A stretch of 64,000 nt of DNA from Eledone cirrhosa (lineage: Eukaryota). Position 1 is the first letter of the stretch. The number at the start of each line of letters is the position of its first letter. This document shows, piece by piece, positions 27,751-41,400 of this stretch. The position numbers and the translations under genes were made by a program. The notes beneath the pieces are model-generated. The model saw only the letters and a list, made by a program, of their open reading frames with translations. It did not search any database and was not told where the DNA came from. Where the stretch lies: the NCBI GenBank assembly GCA_964016885.1, contig OZ024741.1, forward strand, positions 232,996,001 through 233,060,000, written 5' to 3'.

Positions 27751-28039
27751 TTTAGTGCTCGCCACATCTTGAATATTTGTTAAAATAACTTTCTATTCTT
27801 AGTAATATATTTTTTTAAATAAGAAATAAGACTTTGCAGTGGTTTTGCATGTTTTTTTTTGGGGGGGGGGGGGGGTAATGATGTAGATGATTAATACGTT
27901 GACCAAGTTATATGATGAAAAAGAAACAACACATTTTTCCCTTCGCAATTCTTAGTGGTAGAAATCCTATGACATTATCAATATTAATTATCAATAATTA
28001 AATAAATTTACTATTTTCTGGCAACTCTTTCACACTTAG

Positions 28040-28400
28040 AGGGACTAATGTATAGATTGGGGACGATTTGGCTGCTATTTCTAGCAGGTTTAACCGAAGT
28101 GTAGAGATTAGTCTTTGTTGGTGTATATATATAGATAATATAGTACGGTGTATTTTGAGGGGGAAATTGGTTGCTATTTCTGACAAATCTAGCTGCTATG
28201 AAGAGGAAGTCTACCACATTGACTTATACATATATACAAGTAGCTCCCAAACAAAACACCTTTATTTACTTTGAGGGAGATTTGGCTGCTACTTTTAACA
28301 TGTCTAGTTACCATTACCTCAAACAAACATAATACTGGAGGGTGTGATTTGAGGGAGAATTAGCTGCTATTTCTATTATGTCCAGCCACCATGTGGTTGC
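28040..28400. repeat. Short dispersed/tandem motif GAGGGAGATTTGGCTGCTATTTCTA, 4 copies
   Basis: Copies at about 28059, 28157, 28272 and 28350. Another lies at 38796. Confidence 0.7.
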
Positions 28401-28463
28401 ATCGCTCTTTTGTCTCATATATATTTCTTCGTTATTCACTATAGATTCCCTTGTCCGATCTCT

Positions 28464-28530
<67 letters not shown>

Positions 28531-29581
28531 ACATAAGAAGTCTATGTATATTCTGTATTTAGAGATGTATATCTACATTTATATTTATATGCTGCTTTTT
28601 TTTTTTCAGAGCCTTTGGGTATGTATGTATACATATACGACATTTTTTGTGTGTTTTGATCCGTGTGTGTGTATATATGTATGTATATTGTTTTTGTATG
28701 TGTATGTGAATGTATGTATATATGTCTGTCTATCCTTCTTTATGATCTGAATTATTATTTTTCATTACTCCCTATTATCTACATACACCCTCATCGGAGG
28801 GCATATATGCATATATGAGTGGAAATGTATTTATGCGTTTATATGTATGTATGCACGTATGTATCTAGAGGTATAGCACTCTTGAGTGCTACTGGTAACA
28901 TGTAACCCAGTACAATCTGTCGCATGGTCGTGTGGTCGGTGACTAAACCGGCAACCCCACCAGGTTTAAGGTCACCCTGCAGGACAAAAAACAAAAACTG
29001 ACAAAGGGCGGAAGATCTCATAAGAGTCAACGGCCATCCAAAAATGTGTAAAGATGTATATACATGTGTATATATGTATATATGTATATATGTATATATG
29101 TATATGCATGTGTATATATATATATATGCGCGGGGACTAAGAAATAATCGGGCTGGATACCCGATCGCGCGGTTAAACCACTGGGAGTGAAGGACCCCTA
29201 GCCTTTGTCATGGCATGCTTCTAGGAGTATGCAACTCAGCAAACTAGGATTATTCCGACATAAAACCTGCGGCGCAGTAGTTACCGATGATGTTGATCTT
29301 ATCTTCTTTTCGGGTTATAGCTACTGTCGCTCAGAGAGTGGGATTGGCTCAGTGCACAGTCTTTCCTCACTTTAAAAAAAATCTTCAGGATAACATTAAT
29401 TGATAATTATTAATAATGTTATATTGTACAATGGCCATACTCGATAACGAGGGAGTAGACATCATAGGTATAGGTGTGTCTATATACCAATAATATCATA
29501 TATGTGTGTATTTTCTATACGCCCATATACATATGTTAGTTTTATAGTCTGGTGGACAGTAATTTTTATATGTGTGTGTGT

Positions 29582-29615
<34 letters not shown>

Positions 29616-29659
29616 CTATGTGCGTATGCGTACATATGTGTATATATATATATATATAT

Positions 29660-29807
29660 ATAATAAAATAAGTCCCTCATCAGTGATTTGCCGAAGATGA
29701 TAGATATTTCATTGCATTAAAAATCAGCTGATCTTCGGCAAATCACTGATGAGGGACTTATTTTATTACATGTTACCCATGTGCTACCTGCAGTATTTTT
29801 CTCTATA

Positions 29808-29815
<8 letters not shown>
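29660..29815. mobile_element. Inverted-tail short element in (TA)n, CTGATGA-containing (family H5)
   Basis: 29660-29698 is inverted relative to 29731-29768. A homologue lies on the - strand at 7608-7719. No complete HHR could be folded. Confidence 0.6.
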
Positions 29816-29869
<54 letters not shown>

Positions 29870-30086
29870 AAAAAAGGAAAAGAATGACTTTACTTGTAGT
29901 GTTAAACATTTTTTTTATTTAATCTTATAATATTATAGTATGATGTGTTGGTAGATCCAGTAAGTTCTTTGTTAACCTCGGTGGGAAGAATTTTAAAGAT
30001 TCCTGGTTAACTTGGGCTGGAGAACTTTCTCGCATTCGTCTGTGGCGATTGTCAAACTGAGATCAGGTTGTGTTGAAATATGTGAC

Positions 30087-30263
30087 TTGGCAGTATCGGT
30101 AGAGGGTTGGACGCCATGCTTTCTAGCATAGTTACGTCCCTTTACAGTCTGAGTTCAAATCCCGCCGCGGTTAACTTTGCCTTTCGTCCTTACGGGATCG
30201 ATAAAATAAAGTACCAGTAATGTACTTGGTATTGCTGGCTTTGTGGCAAAAGTAGAAACAATT
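30087..30263 (+). mobile_element. tRNA-derived SINE
   Basis: Same family as 26284-26471. Confidence 0.9.
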
Positions 30264-30629
30264 ATATATAAGAGAGATTTGGATGTGTCTGGGGTGTGGC
30301 TTGTGGTGTTAATGAGTGTTGATGATGATGACGGTCCGGAGGAATTGAAGCATACATACACATACACACACACGTACGCACACATACACACACACACATA
30401 TATATACACTCAGAAAATGGGGAGGTTTCAAAGATAAGGGTGTTTGAGACGGTGGTTGTAAACATACTCTCCTGCTGGTTTTATTTTATTAGCTGACCTT
30501 TGATGAGTATATAATGGCATAGCTGAATCAACTCTCCCAAATTCATAAAGAATATCATCTAGAAATTTCTATATCAAAAATGAATTTAGGTGCTTGTACC
30601 AAGGATCTCACACATTTTCCTATATATAT

Positions 30630-30662
<33 letters not shown>

Positions 30663-30779
30663 GTAATATATGTGTGAATGAAGTAATTCCGTCGGAAAAG
30701 TCCAGGAAAAAAGAGTGCTCTATATAGGTAACAGAGCTTAATTATTATTATTATGTAATAAACAACATAAGGCAATTAT

Positions 30780-30837
30780 TCCATTTACCAGTGGTTTCTT
30801 AAAAGCAAAAGGTTTTGCTTTCAATCCTCAGAATGAA
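30780..30837 (-). ncRNA. Type I hammerhead ribozyme (H6, minus arm)
   Basis: Exact reverse complement of 30848-30905. Confidence 0.85.
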
Positions 30838-30847
30838 AAAATCCTGG

Positions 30848-30905
30848 TTCATTCTGAGGATTGAAAGCAAAACCTTTTGCTTTTAAGAAACCACTGGTAA
30901 ATGGA
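30848..30905 (+). ncRNA. Type I hammerhead ribozyme (H6, plus arm)
   Basis: Stem I TTCATT/AATGGA, CTGAGGA 30854-30860, stem II TTGAAAGCAAAA/TTTTGCTTTTAA, GAAA 30887-30890, stem III ACC/GGT, triplet GUA. Confidence 0.85.
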
Positions 30906-31141
30906 ATAATTGCCTTATGTTGTTTATTACATAATAATAATATATATGTAATATATATATAATATATATATTTCTAATATATATATTTCTAATATATATA
31001 ATATATATATATATATAATATATATATATATATAATATATATATATAATATATATATATATATAATATATATATATAATGTATATATATATAATGTATAT
31101 ATATAATATATATATATACATATAATATATATATATATATA

Positions 31142-31210
<69 letters not shown>

Positions 31211-31216
<6 letters not shown>

Positions 31217-31864
31217 AACATGATGCTGGACTGGTGTAAATCCTTGAAAGGTTTATTATACTATGATCACTTCAATGACCGGGTTCAGTATGAATCCGGT
31301 GATATCATCAGGTATTCGAAATATAACAAAGGAATATAACATATAAAATCCACGGGGCTGAAAATCAGATCTTATTTTTCTAATTTCATCCTATAACTCT
31401 AAACATAAGTCTAACATTCCTAATTGCTAACCGAAATTTCTGTCCTCACATTATACCATACAGATACCCACTATATATGCCTTTATTAAAGATATATGTG
31501 CTTTGGAAAAAACATTTTTCGCGGCAATTTTCTACGCATCCACGGTCAGTCTGATTGTGGCATGACCTTTTCTCTTTGATGGGGAGGTAGTAGTACATTA
31601 TAAGCTTACGTCCCCTCACCTAATGGTCATAAGTAGACTTAATAATCAACACTCGAGGGCGACCGACTGAGGTAGAAGCTGCTAAATAGTCGGTCGTCCT
31701 CTCGTCTCTGATTTTCAGCCCCATGGATTTTATCTGTTATATTCCTTTGTTATATTTCGAATACCTGATATTACCGCATTGATACTGAACCCGGTCATTG
31801 AAATGATCATAGTATAATAAACCTTTCAAGGATTTACACCAGTCCAGCTACCCTGTTATTTTAT
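31211..31864. mobile_element. Inverted-tail HHR element (family H7)
   Basis: About 160-bp inverted arms (31211-31370 and 31706-31864), each with a damaged HHR (31258-31315 on -, 31761-31815 on +). Internal 14-bp hairpin at 31655-31701. Confidence 0.75.
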
Positions 31865-32051
31865 AATAATTCACTCCGTAATCGCACCACCAACTACACA
31901 AGACGGGTGAGTTGCATTACGTTGTGTACTCTCCATAATATTACATCAAGATTGACCATACGGAATGACCAGTTCTATCCAGTGGTGAACCCACTAACCT
32001 AAATAAATATATATATATATATATGTATATGTGTATATATATATATGTGTA

Positions 32052-32158
<107 letters not shown>

Positions 32159-32159
32159 C

Positions 32160-32256
<97 letters not shown>

Positions 32257-32269
32257 GTATATATGTATA

Positions 32270-32358
<89 letters not shown>

Positions 32359-32359
32359 G

Positions 32360-32478
<119 letters not shown>

Positions 32479-32519
32479 GTATATATATATGTATATATAT
32501 ATATATGTATATATATATG

Positions 32520-33182
32520 TAAAAAAAAATTTTTCTCCACACGCCACCCACACCCACAACACGCTTTAACCCCACACACACGTGCTTCCCACCACATATT
32601 TACACCCTCAGCCTCCTGATTCCTCTCCCCCACCCCCTATCCACACACGCACAGACACTCCGACCCACAAGAACACCCCCCACACACACCTCTTCCTGAA
32701 CATGCAACCCCGTTCTTCCCCCAACCCTTACTTTCACATACACACACACACACACACACGCACACCTACACACACACACCACCTTCAGCCCTCCCCGCTC
32801 GGACACCCCGTCTCCCTCTCCCCACTCCACCCGCCACCACCCCTACTCACCCCACACCCTTCCACCACCTGTTTACCCCCCTTTTAATTTCAGTTTATTT
32901 TGATCATGCCTTTATTTTTAAATTTTCTCATTCCTTGTATTTTGATCATGCTTTATTTTTATATATTTTTTATCTTTTATTTATTTTTTATCTTTTTTCG
33001 CTATATGTCTCTCCACCACTCCCCTACACACCTTTTGAACTCTGTTCCCACACACTTCTCACCTGAGGAAGGGCTTATGCCCGAAACGTCGTCCCCCACC
33101 TACCCCCCACTCTCCTGAGCGTGAAATTAATAAACATTTATTGTACTGCCTCTCTGTTTTGTCCCTGTTCAAATTTTTTCAT
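32520..33182 (+). mobile_element. C-rich Penelope 3' tail (same family as 5640-6205) in (TA)n
   Basis: Shares CCAGCCCTCCCCG(T/C)TCGGAC...TCCACCC and CTGAGGAAGGGCTTATGCCCGAAACGTC (33063-33090). Confidence 0.8.
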
Positions 33183-33218
<36 letters not shown>

Positions 33219-33974
33219 TACGTATACATGAGTGCGTTTGTACATCTATATGTATACAAGTGATTTTGTAAGTATTTATATGTGTATCTCCGTTCATATA
33301 TACATACACAGTATATGTATATATGAACGGAGATTATTTTTAGAACGTGCTTAATAGGCCTACTGTTCTCTGATTACACCAGTTTTGTTTGATTAAAAAA
33401 CCACGCTTGATTTCTAAACGTCCAACATGTTTATTCACCACCGAAAACTTAAAAACAATTGAGGTAGTATTTAATAAGTTTTATTACACAACTAAAATTT
33501 ATCTGGAGACAGGATAATCTTACTGATTAATCTATACACCAGAAATTACCCTAAAAATAGATTATTAATTTTAACGGAAAATTTCTCACTCTAATTCGTT
33601 TGTATATTGTTGAGCTATATGTAAACCTTCTTGAGTAGGTACACTTTTAATACATCTTTATATTCATTAATCAATTATTGCATCAACATAGTTTTCCATT
33701 TTTTCTTTTTTTTCTACAATTCTTCTTGTGTTTGTTTACGTAAAACTCCCATGATTTTGCTTTTCTGTGTCTACGGAAGCTTTAGCCTTGTAACAACCTC
33801 GTTTCACAAGCTTCTTTGCTATGATATGAATATATATTTTAAATATAACATTTATATAATTAAATTCATACACTGGAGTACTGAATTTTTATTTATTTAT
33901 TTCTATGCTTCTTCTGTATTATAATGTCACCTTTTGTTGTTCGTATTTCAATGATTACTAGAGGAATACGACTC

Positions 33975-35930
33975 GTACAGGATCGCCCCTTATCTCAAAT
34001 TGGGAAGAACTCTTCTTTACTAGACGCCAATGCGCTTTCGTTACTTTGCAGATGTAACTCACGGCAGGATATGAGATCCGTCTAGAAATCCTCGGTAACT
34101 CACGGCAGAATATGACCCTCGAAGAGGCCTTGAGGTAGGTCGAGGGGAAAGAAAGAAAGGGAAAACGCTCAGCTAGCCGTTTTCTAGGATACTACATCAC
34201 CTCAACCGTGCCCGCCTCAAGCTCGTACAGACGCCAGGAGAAGAGCCGATACGTCAACCGGTCCGAAAACTCTCAACCTTCCCCTGCCCTTTGCACCTAC
34301 TGTGGGAAACAAGCCCTGCCGACAAACGTACTAAGTGTGGTATCTTACATCACCATGAGGGTGTCTGCCGCCAACAACGGTGCCGACCCCAACGCGGGCT
34401 CAAAGCAATGCAGCGGAGGCTGAGGATCACACCAGTGCCATATTCAACAACCGAAGCAATGTAATTGACGCACCTGCCCGATCCTCTACCGAAGCATTAA
34501 CCCTTGATCTCCACGTGTACAACGAATTCTGCAATGCGTGGATGAAGTGCTCTTCTGACAGTCACCCCTTGGTCAATGTCTCCATCCAGGCTGACGCAGA
34601 CGATACACAGGCCCAAACCCGATCATCTCTTACAAAGCTATGGCAGACACTGGATGCCAGTCATGCCTGGCTGAGACAATTCTCCTGCCCAGACTCTGCT
34701 TGGACCGACATCATCTCATACCAGTGAAGATGACTGCCGCCAACAGCAGCCTCATTGACATCATCGGTGCCCTCACCTTGCAAATACCTGGGACGGGACT
34801 GCCCCATCCATTAAAAAGCACCAAACCCACCAGGTTATCTACTTCACCTCCACAACCGACAAGCTCTTCCTCTCCAAACAAGCCTGCATTGTTCTACTGA
34901 TGATCTTCCCGCCCACTTTCCCACAGTCGCGGAAAGTAATGAGAACACGTGCGTCCCACTGGATATAACACCTTCCACAATGACCAACACATCTAGAGAG
35001 CAGACGCAGAACATGTGCAGCTTCCCTCAACGCTAACAACAACCACCTACTCCCACATCACTCCCGTTCACACCCAGCGAGGAGAACCGAGGTCACCTAG
35101 AGAAGTGACTGCTGGAATATTATAATTCCAGCACATTTAACGTGTGCCAACATCAACCCACCCCCACGCCAGGATTCCCGGTTCACCAATCCACTTAATG
35201 GTAGATCCCCACACCAAACCAGTGACCCACCACACACCAATCCCAGTCCTAGTCCACTGGCAAGATGACGTAAAAGCGGGCCTCGACCGCGATGTTCACC
35301 TTGGAGTAATAGAGCCCGTTCCTATCGGTACACCCATCATCTGGTTCCACAGGATGGTAGTAGGCCCCAAGAAGTCAGGGAAACCTCGACGAACAGGCGA
35401 CCTCCAACCCCTCAACCGACACGCAGTTCGCGAGACACACTACTCTCAGTCACCATTCCAGCAAGCCCACGCAATGCCACCTTACACCTACAAAACCATA
35501 TTTGACGCCTTGAATGGTTACCACAGCATCGCTCTCAACGAAGAACATCGCCACCTTACAACCTTTATCAAAGCGTGGGCATCACTATCTTTATTGTGTC
35601 GCATCTCAGGGATACATTGCCTAAGGAGACTGCTACAGCCGACGGTTTGATGAGATTTCTCAGACGCCCCCCCGAAAAACGAAGTGTATTGATAAAACAT
35701 TGCTGTGATCCGACTCCAATCAGGCTGTCCAATGGCTAAACATCTGTCGTTTGAACGGCATCATCTAGAACCAAATTGGACCTAACCCTATGAAGCGGGA
35801 CGAAACCGGCATTGAGGTAGAAGTGCGCTAGTTCGATCAGTACGTGATGGACGGCTCATGACGAATCACACTGCGAACAGGAAGTTCCTCCAGAAGTCCC
35901 TCCCAGTTGTAGCGCGTACACCGATAGTCA
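33975..35930 (+). mobile_element. Ty3/Gypsy LTR retrotransposon internal relic (gag, protease, RT)
   Basis: CTYCGK knuckle remnant; ADTGCQSCL protease; DVKAGLDRDVHLGVIEPVPIGTP...VVGPKKSGKPRRTGDLQPLN...FDALNGYHSI...TTFI. Many disablements. Confidence 0.88.
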
Positions 35931-36461
35931 AGGACTCATTTAATTACAACAACATCTATGCTACTATTGAGTCTATTGAGTCACTCCTCTATAAGTTAAC
36001 TGCTTTACTCTCTTCATGCTTCGAGGTTTAACACACCTCCTTATGGTTTCTTAGCTTTACTCTCTCCATCGCTCTTCCCTCTCTCTATAATAGATCAATT
36101 CCCCTCTTCGTTCAGGAACGCGAAATAAACTTTGATAACTAAGCAACACATCAATTTATACAACAACAAACATAGTCATAACGACGCTCATACATCAAAT
36201 AACAAAACTTAAAAAGCCGATAACACTAAATACATACTGCTCTCTCAACGTTATATTTTACTCACTTACATTTTACATCAAATAAAAAATATTCAAAAGC
36301 AACAGATGAATTTATAAAATAACAAACGTAATCATAACGACGCTTAAGCATTTATTTATATGAATCTCAACAAAGACATTATATTTTATTGTTGTCCTTT
36401 TTGTAATTTTTTTTTCTTTGTTTTCCGCAATATGAGACAAAAAAATAATGAGAAAACTTTT

Positions 36462-37861
36462 TAGGAATCGCCCTGGCTGTAGCTTCTTCTGGGATTGCCG
36501 CAACTCTGCTGCTCGGAGGTAGGACAGCTCATTCCGCATTTTAAACTACCCTTCAACACGACTTCAGACGACACAATGACCTGCAACATCACCAAGGACT
36601 CTGACAAAGCGGAAGTCTTGAAAAGATGCCACCTAATTGTGTGGGACGAATGCACAATGGCCCATAAAGGGTTCCTTGAGGCGTTAGACAACACCCTACG
36701 AGACATCAGCAAATGCAACCGACCGATGGGAGGAGTACCTCTACTGGTGTCTGGCGATTTTCGACAAACACTTCCAGTTGTTCCAAAAGCTACCATGGCC
36801 GATACTGTGGGGGGCTTGCATTAAGTCATCTCCCCTGTGGCAGGAAGTGACAATTCTGACCCTCACAACAAACATGAGAGCCCAACTTCTCGGCGACCAC
36901 TCATCAGCCGACTTCTCAAAGACCTCTTAACAGTTGGTGACGACACTGCACCTTCAGATGCAGCTGGAGAAATGGCAGTCTCGCAAGTAGGCACCGTTGT
37001 CGACACTGTTGACGACCTCACAGCCTCGGTCTTTCCCGATATAGCCATCAACTACAAAAGCACGAGTTGGCTGTGCGATAGAGCCATATTGGTTCCCAAA
37101 AATGTCTCCGTTGCAAATATCAATGAGGACCTTCTGCAACGCATTTCTGGAAACCTCCGTACCTACAAATCTGTGGACAAAGTTGTGGACAAAGATGAGG
37201 TTGACGATTTTCCCACAGAATTCCTCAATTTCTTAAACCTTTCTGGACTGCCACCTCATGAACTGCGCGTCAAAGTTGGGACTCCAGTGATGCTGTTGAG
37301 GAACCTGGAACCACCGCGTCTCTGCAACGGAACACGGTTAGTGGTAAGAACCTCCTGCCGCATGTAATTGAAGCCACAATTCTCACGGGCTGCGGCGCTG
37401 GAGAAAACGTCTTTATACCCAGAATACCATTAACTCCATCAGGTACGGAATGCCCCTGTACTCTGCGCCGACTTCAATTCCCCGTTAAACTTTGCTTCGC
37501 GATGTCAATCAACAAGTGCCAAGACCAAACGCTATCAACGGCAGGCCTCCATTTAGCCCAGCCGTGCTTCTCACACGGCCAATTATATGTCGCATGCTCA
37601 AGAGTGGGATGCAAGCAGAACTTATTCATACTTGCGCCCAAAGGCAGAACAAAAAATGTGGTCAACAGAGAGGTGTTGTGACTCCTCTATTCAGCCCCAC
37701 TACAGTCTTGCCGGCCTGGCATATGGTGAGTAGATGTTTTGTTGTATATTTTCAAACTTACCCGTATTTACTTTCAATGCCTCAATAATCATAATTGAGT
37801 GGAATCATTAAAAGTACTTTAAAGCAATTAAACTCCGAGCAACGCCGGGCACTTCTGCTAG
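36462..37861 (+). mobile_element. Helitron 3' portion: PIF1-like helicase relic, subterminal hairpin and CTAG end
   Basis: ASSGIAATLL.GGRTAHS, LIVWDECTM, GDFRQTLPVV, PPHELRVKVGTPVMLLRNL...LCNGTRL, FAMSINK.Q, HGQLYVACSRV. Terminus TCCGAGCAACGCCGGG...CTAG followed by T at 37862. Confidence 0.93.
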
Positions 37862-37871
37862 TATATATATA

Positions 37872-38546
37872 TATAAACGGAAAAAATGAAACGAAATTTC
37901 ATTTCCAACTCTTAGTACGGCTGTTACTTAAATATAAGTATGTACACGTACATACATATATGCATACAGACGTACAGTAGTATGTATATATATATATACA
38001 TACATTCACACATATATATATGTACGTATGGATTCACCGAACATTTATTGTAATGCTCGGTGTGTTTGTAAACAAACATCCCGTATTAAGCCATAGTGTC
38101 TATGTATATGCATATATGTATGTACGTGTACATACTTATATTTAAGTAACAGCCGTATTAAGAGTGGGAAATGAAATTTCGTTTCATTTTTTCCGTTTAT
38201 CGTTTTCGGTGCACCCGGCCGATTAACCCACTCGATATGCAAATTGGGCTACTCAGCCGTTAATATGCATAAGGTAAGTATAAACGTTCAACAATCTGGC
38301 AGGAAGGTATATGTTGCTGACGAGAGCTAATAAGCTTGAAACTAGTACAGCGTTCCTTTGTCAGTGTTGAACAAACGAGCAACGATGGCTTAATACGGGA
38401 TGTTTGTTTACAAACACACCGAGCATTACAATAAATGTTCGGTGAATCCATACGTACATATATATATGTGTGCATGTATGTATATATATATAAATATACA
38501 TACTACTGTACGTCTGTATGCATATATGAATGTACGTGTACATACT

Positions 38547-38548
<2 letters not shown>
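37872..38548 (+). mobile_element. HHR element with doubly inverted tail (family H8)
   Basis: Its distal part (about 37872-37970) is inverted relative to 38097-38200, and its proximal part (about 37930-38093) is inverted relative to 38383-38548. HHR at 38311-38353. Confidence 0.75.
38311..38353 (+). ncRNA. Type I hammerhead ribozyme (H8)
   Basis: Stem I ATGTTG/CAGCGT (two G-U pairs), CTGACGA 38317-38323, stem II GAGCT/AGCTT, GAAA, palindromic stem III ACTAGT, triplet GUA. Confidence 0.85.
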
Positions 38549-38637
<89 letters not shown>

Positions 38638-39479
38638 AGAGAGATAGTCGTAGGGTTAGGTAGGTACATGACACAGTATGGTGTGGGAGAATTGTCTGAT
38701 ATGTTTACTAGGTCTAACTAACATGTAGAGATTCTACTATATTGACACATACAATATATGCTAGCAAGTTGCTCCTAAACAGAGCTCCTGTATTTTGAAG
38801 GAGATTTGGCTACTATGTCTAGCTACCATGTAGAGGCTCCTTGTATATATATATGAAATCACTGACACTGAGAAAGACTAGAACTACAGGCTTTGAGGCC
38901 TAGCCTCCTCCTTTGCATATATATAATGCTAGAAGTTCCAGTAATGAAAGCTGTCTCCGGGATGTATGACTGGAATTTTGTAACGGATTACAAGTAGAAG
39001 ACAAGTGGAATCGGCATGTGTCTCTGAATTATATTTTCTACTCTGTGCGGCATATAGATTCTAGAATGCAAAAAGTGTCTGTCTGAGGACATCGTTGACT
39101 GATCAGCTGCGCATTACTCCTGTATATAGGATGTCGGTAAGTCAAGACGACGTTAAATCACAGTTCCAAGAACATCCACGCATGCTAGCCACATTCTAAG
39201 AGTACTCACTACGAGACATAATGGTTTTAGCAAGCCTGAAGCAAGAGGGAAGAAAGGAACCAGAAGGAAAAAGACGTGAGATAGTTCAACAAAGATCCAT
39301 TCTAACTCACCTGAAAACTATTTGAACAGCATAAATCATGGACACTCGCATCTAATAAGGAAACAATTGAGTAGCAACTTGTGAAAACATATTCAGACAC
39401 ACAGGGTGAGACACCACATGAAATCCAGGATTGTGTTAGTCCTGTTCTGCCATGCAAATTGTTCGATGAAAGCCTACCA

Positions 39480-40420
39480 GTACTGGAACAAATCATCAGC
39501 GAGGCCCAAATAGAATACCCAATTTGCTGTACAAGAAATGTACAGTGTCCTTGAGTAACTCCACAAAAAGATTGGGTCAGCTACTTGGAAGAAAATGAAA
39601 ATCATCGTCAAATGAATAAGAGCCAAACGTGTGTACATTCCGAAACAGCAGAACTCAAGCAACATCAAGTTATTCAGATCAATATCACTTTTGAAAGTTG
39701 AAGGAACAATATTTGTCTCTATTATGACAGCAAAGCTAAATAAATATCTCACTGATTATAGGTATCAGTACATGAGAGTCTAGAAGTGAGGCATGCCTGG
39801 AATATCTGACTGTGTAGAGTATGCCTAAATAATTTGGGAGGAAATTTAAAGAACTAGAGCAGGAAAGAGAGACCTTCATATTGTGGGGCTTGACCATGAC
39901 ATTTCCTATGGTTCGTTCTTACACAAAATGAACCAATTAGTTGTTAAGGTATATCATATTGGAAAGAACATACGAGAAATGCTGAAGAAGGATTTTATGT
40001 TTCTGTATACGATTCTCCAATAATGATAATCAACCGTCTGGATCAATTTGAAAGTTGGCAGAGCAAAGGGCTATGAAATCTGTATATATGTTTAATGGAG
40101 GTCATTCTGTTGGCAGCAATGATGGGGTCTGCTTTAAAAGACCACACGGAGAGAGATTTCGAATATCTCTTTTAAAAGCCTTCACGGATAATACTACAGT
40201 CTTTCTACAAAGGAAGCTGAAACACGTAGAATACTGAAACAGTAGATGAGATAATTAAATCTTTGAGAATAAGATTCACGTTGAAGAAAACTTGGAGCGT
40301 TTCTCTGCGGAAGTGGAACTAATTGGAACAGCTGAGTTCAAAATGGTCAAACAAACCTTTCCAACAATGACAGAGCAGCCAGTTAAAAACCTGGAACTTT
40401 TTATGACGGCACTCTGTAGA
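39480..40420 (+). mobile_element. Highly decayed RLE-type (R2/HERO-like) LINE RT fragment
   Basis: Remnants GMPGISDCVE, IWEEI, DLHIVGLD...YGS and LKAFTDNTTV, resembling the LKAFMDD motif. Confidence 0.5.
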
Positions 40421-40849
40421 ATCGAAAATATTAAACAAACAACAAATACATGGTTTCGTGTTGCAGTTCATGTTGATATCGCAACTTGTCAGTCGTCTCC
40501 TGATAATCGATATAAGCATTAGGACAATAGATGCTATGGAGGTTAAATCAACAGAAACACAGATCTCACTGATTTTGCACTCTACTGTCGCCAAGCCAAG
40601 ATTAACCTCCCTCTGAATTCGATTAATAAATAACACAAATAAGTTACTTGAGCATACTTGAGAACTCGGAAGACAAGGCTGTGAATTTGACCCGACTCAA
40701 GCTGAAGACAGGGAGAGCATGGACAATGGAAGATATAGATTGTGATAAAGGCAGAAATGGAAAGCCTTACGATTAGGGAACTATTGATAGGCACTCTGAC
40801 GAAGAGGAATGGAATGTGCTTAAAAACGGAAGGTTTGTCAAAGACCAGG

Positions 40850-41400
40850 GGAAAATGGAAAGATCTGAATTTATGTCAGGGGTTCTCCTGTCTTGATAGA
40901 AGTGCATCCTCGTGAGATGGAGAGAATACTTTGCTGATCGCCTAAAGCCGAACAAAGCAGCCTTTTGTGATGTACAAGAGATGCATCTGGGAGCGGTGAT
41001 ATATCTCTAGGAGTCTGAGGTCACAAGAACAGTAAAAAAGATCAAACGTCGCAAGCTCACTGGGGAAGATGAAATCCGACTATAGATGTTATGAGCCATA
41101 AATAGAGAAGGTATTTTCTGGCTGTAATGTGCGTTCCGAGTAGCCTGCATCTCTGGAAAGCACCTAAGCTATGGTAACTGGGAGGGACAATTCCAATTTT
41201 CAAAAGGTAAGACAAGACAGATTGTTCTAATTAAGGAGTGATCTTGTTAAGGCTCCCCGGTAAAGTCTATGTTAAGTGTCTGGCAAAGAGATGTAAGGAG
41301 TTTGTCGAATCCAAACTAGCTGGTGAATCATGTGGTTCTCAACCCGGACGCAGGACAGCCGACTAAATATTCACACGTAGACAAGTGTTCCATAAATCGT
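40850..41400 (+). mobile_element. Decayed RTE-clade LINE fragment
   Basis: RWREYFADRL, GEDEIR, PIFK, LPGKVY, CGSQPGRRTAD remnants. Related to 49320-49650. Confidence 0.7.

Noticed and set aside
29660-29815. Hammerhead call for family H5 (also 7608-7719)
   Set aside because: CTGATGA is present, but no properly placed GAAA, NUH and stems were found in type I, II or III topology.
36495-37680. Host PIF1 helicase gene
   Set aside because: It is intronless and frameshifted, and is followed by a Helitron hairpin and CTAG end, so it is transposon-derived.
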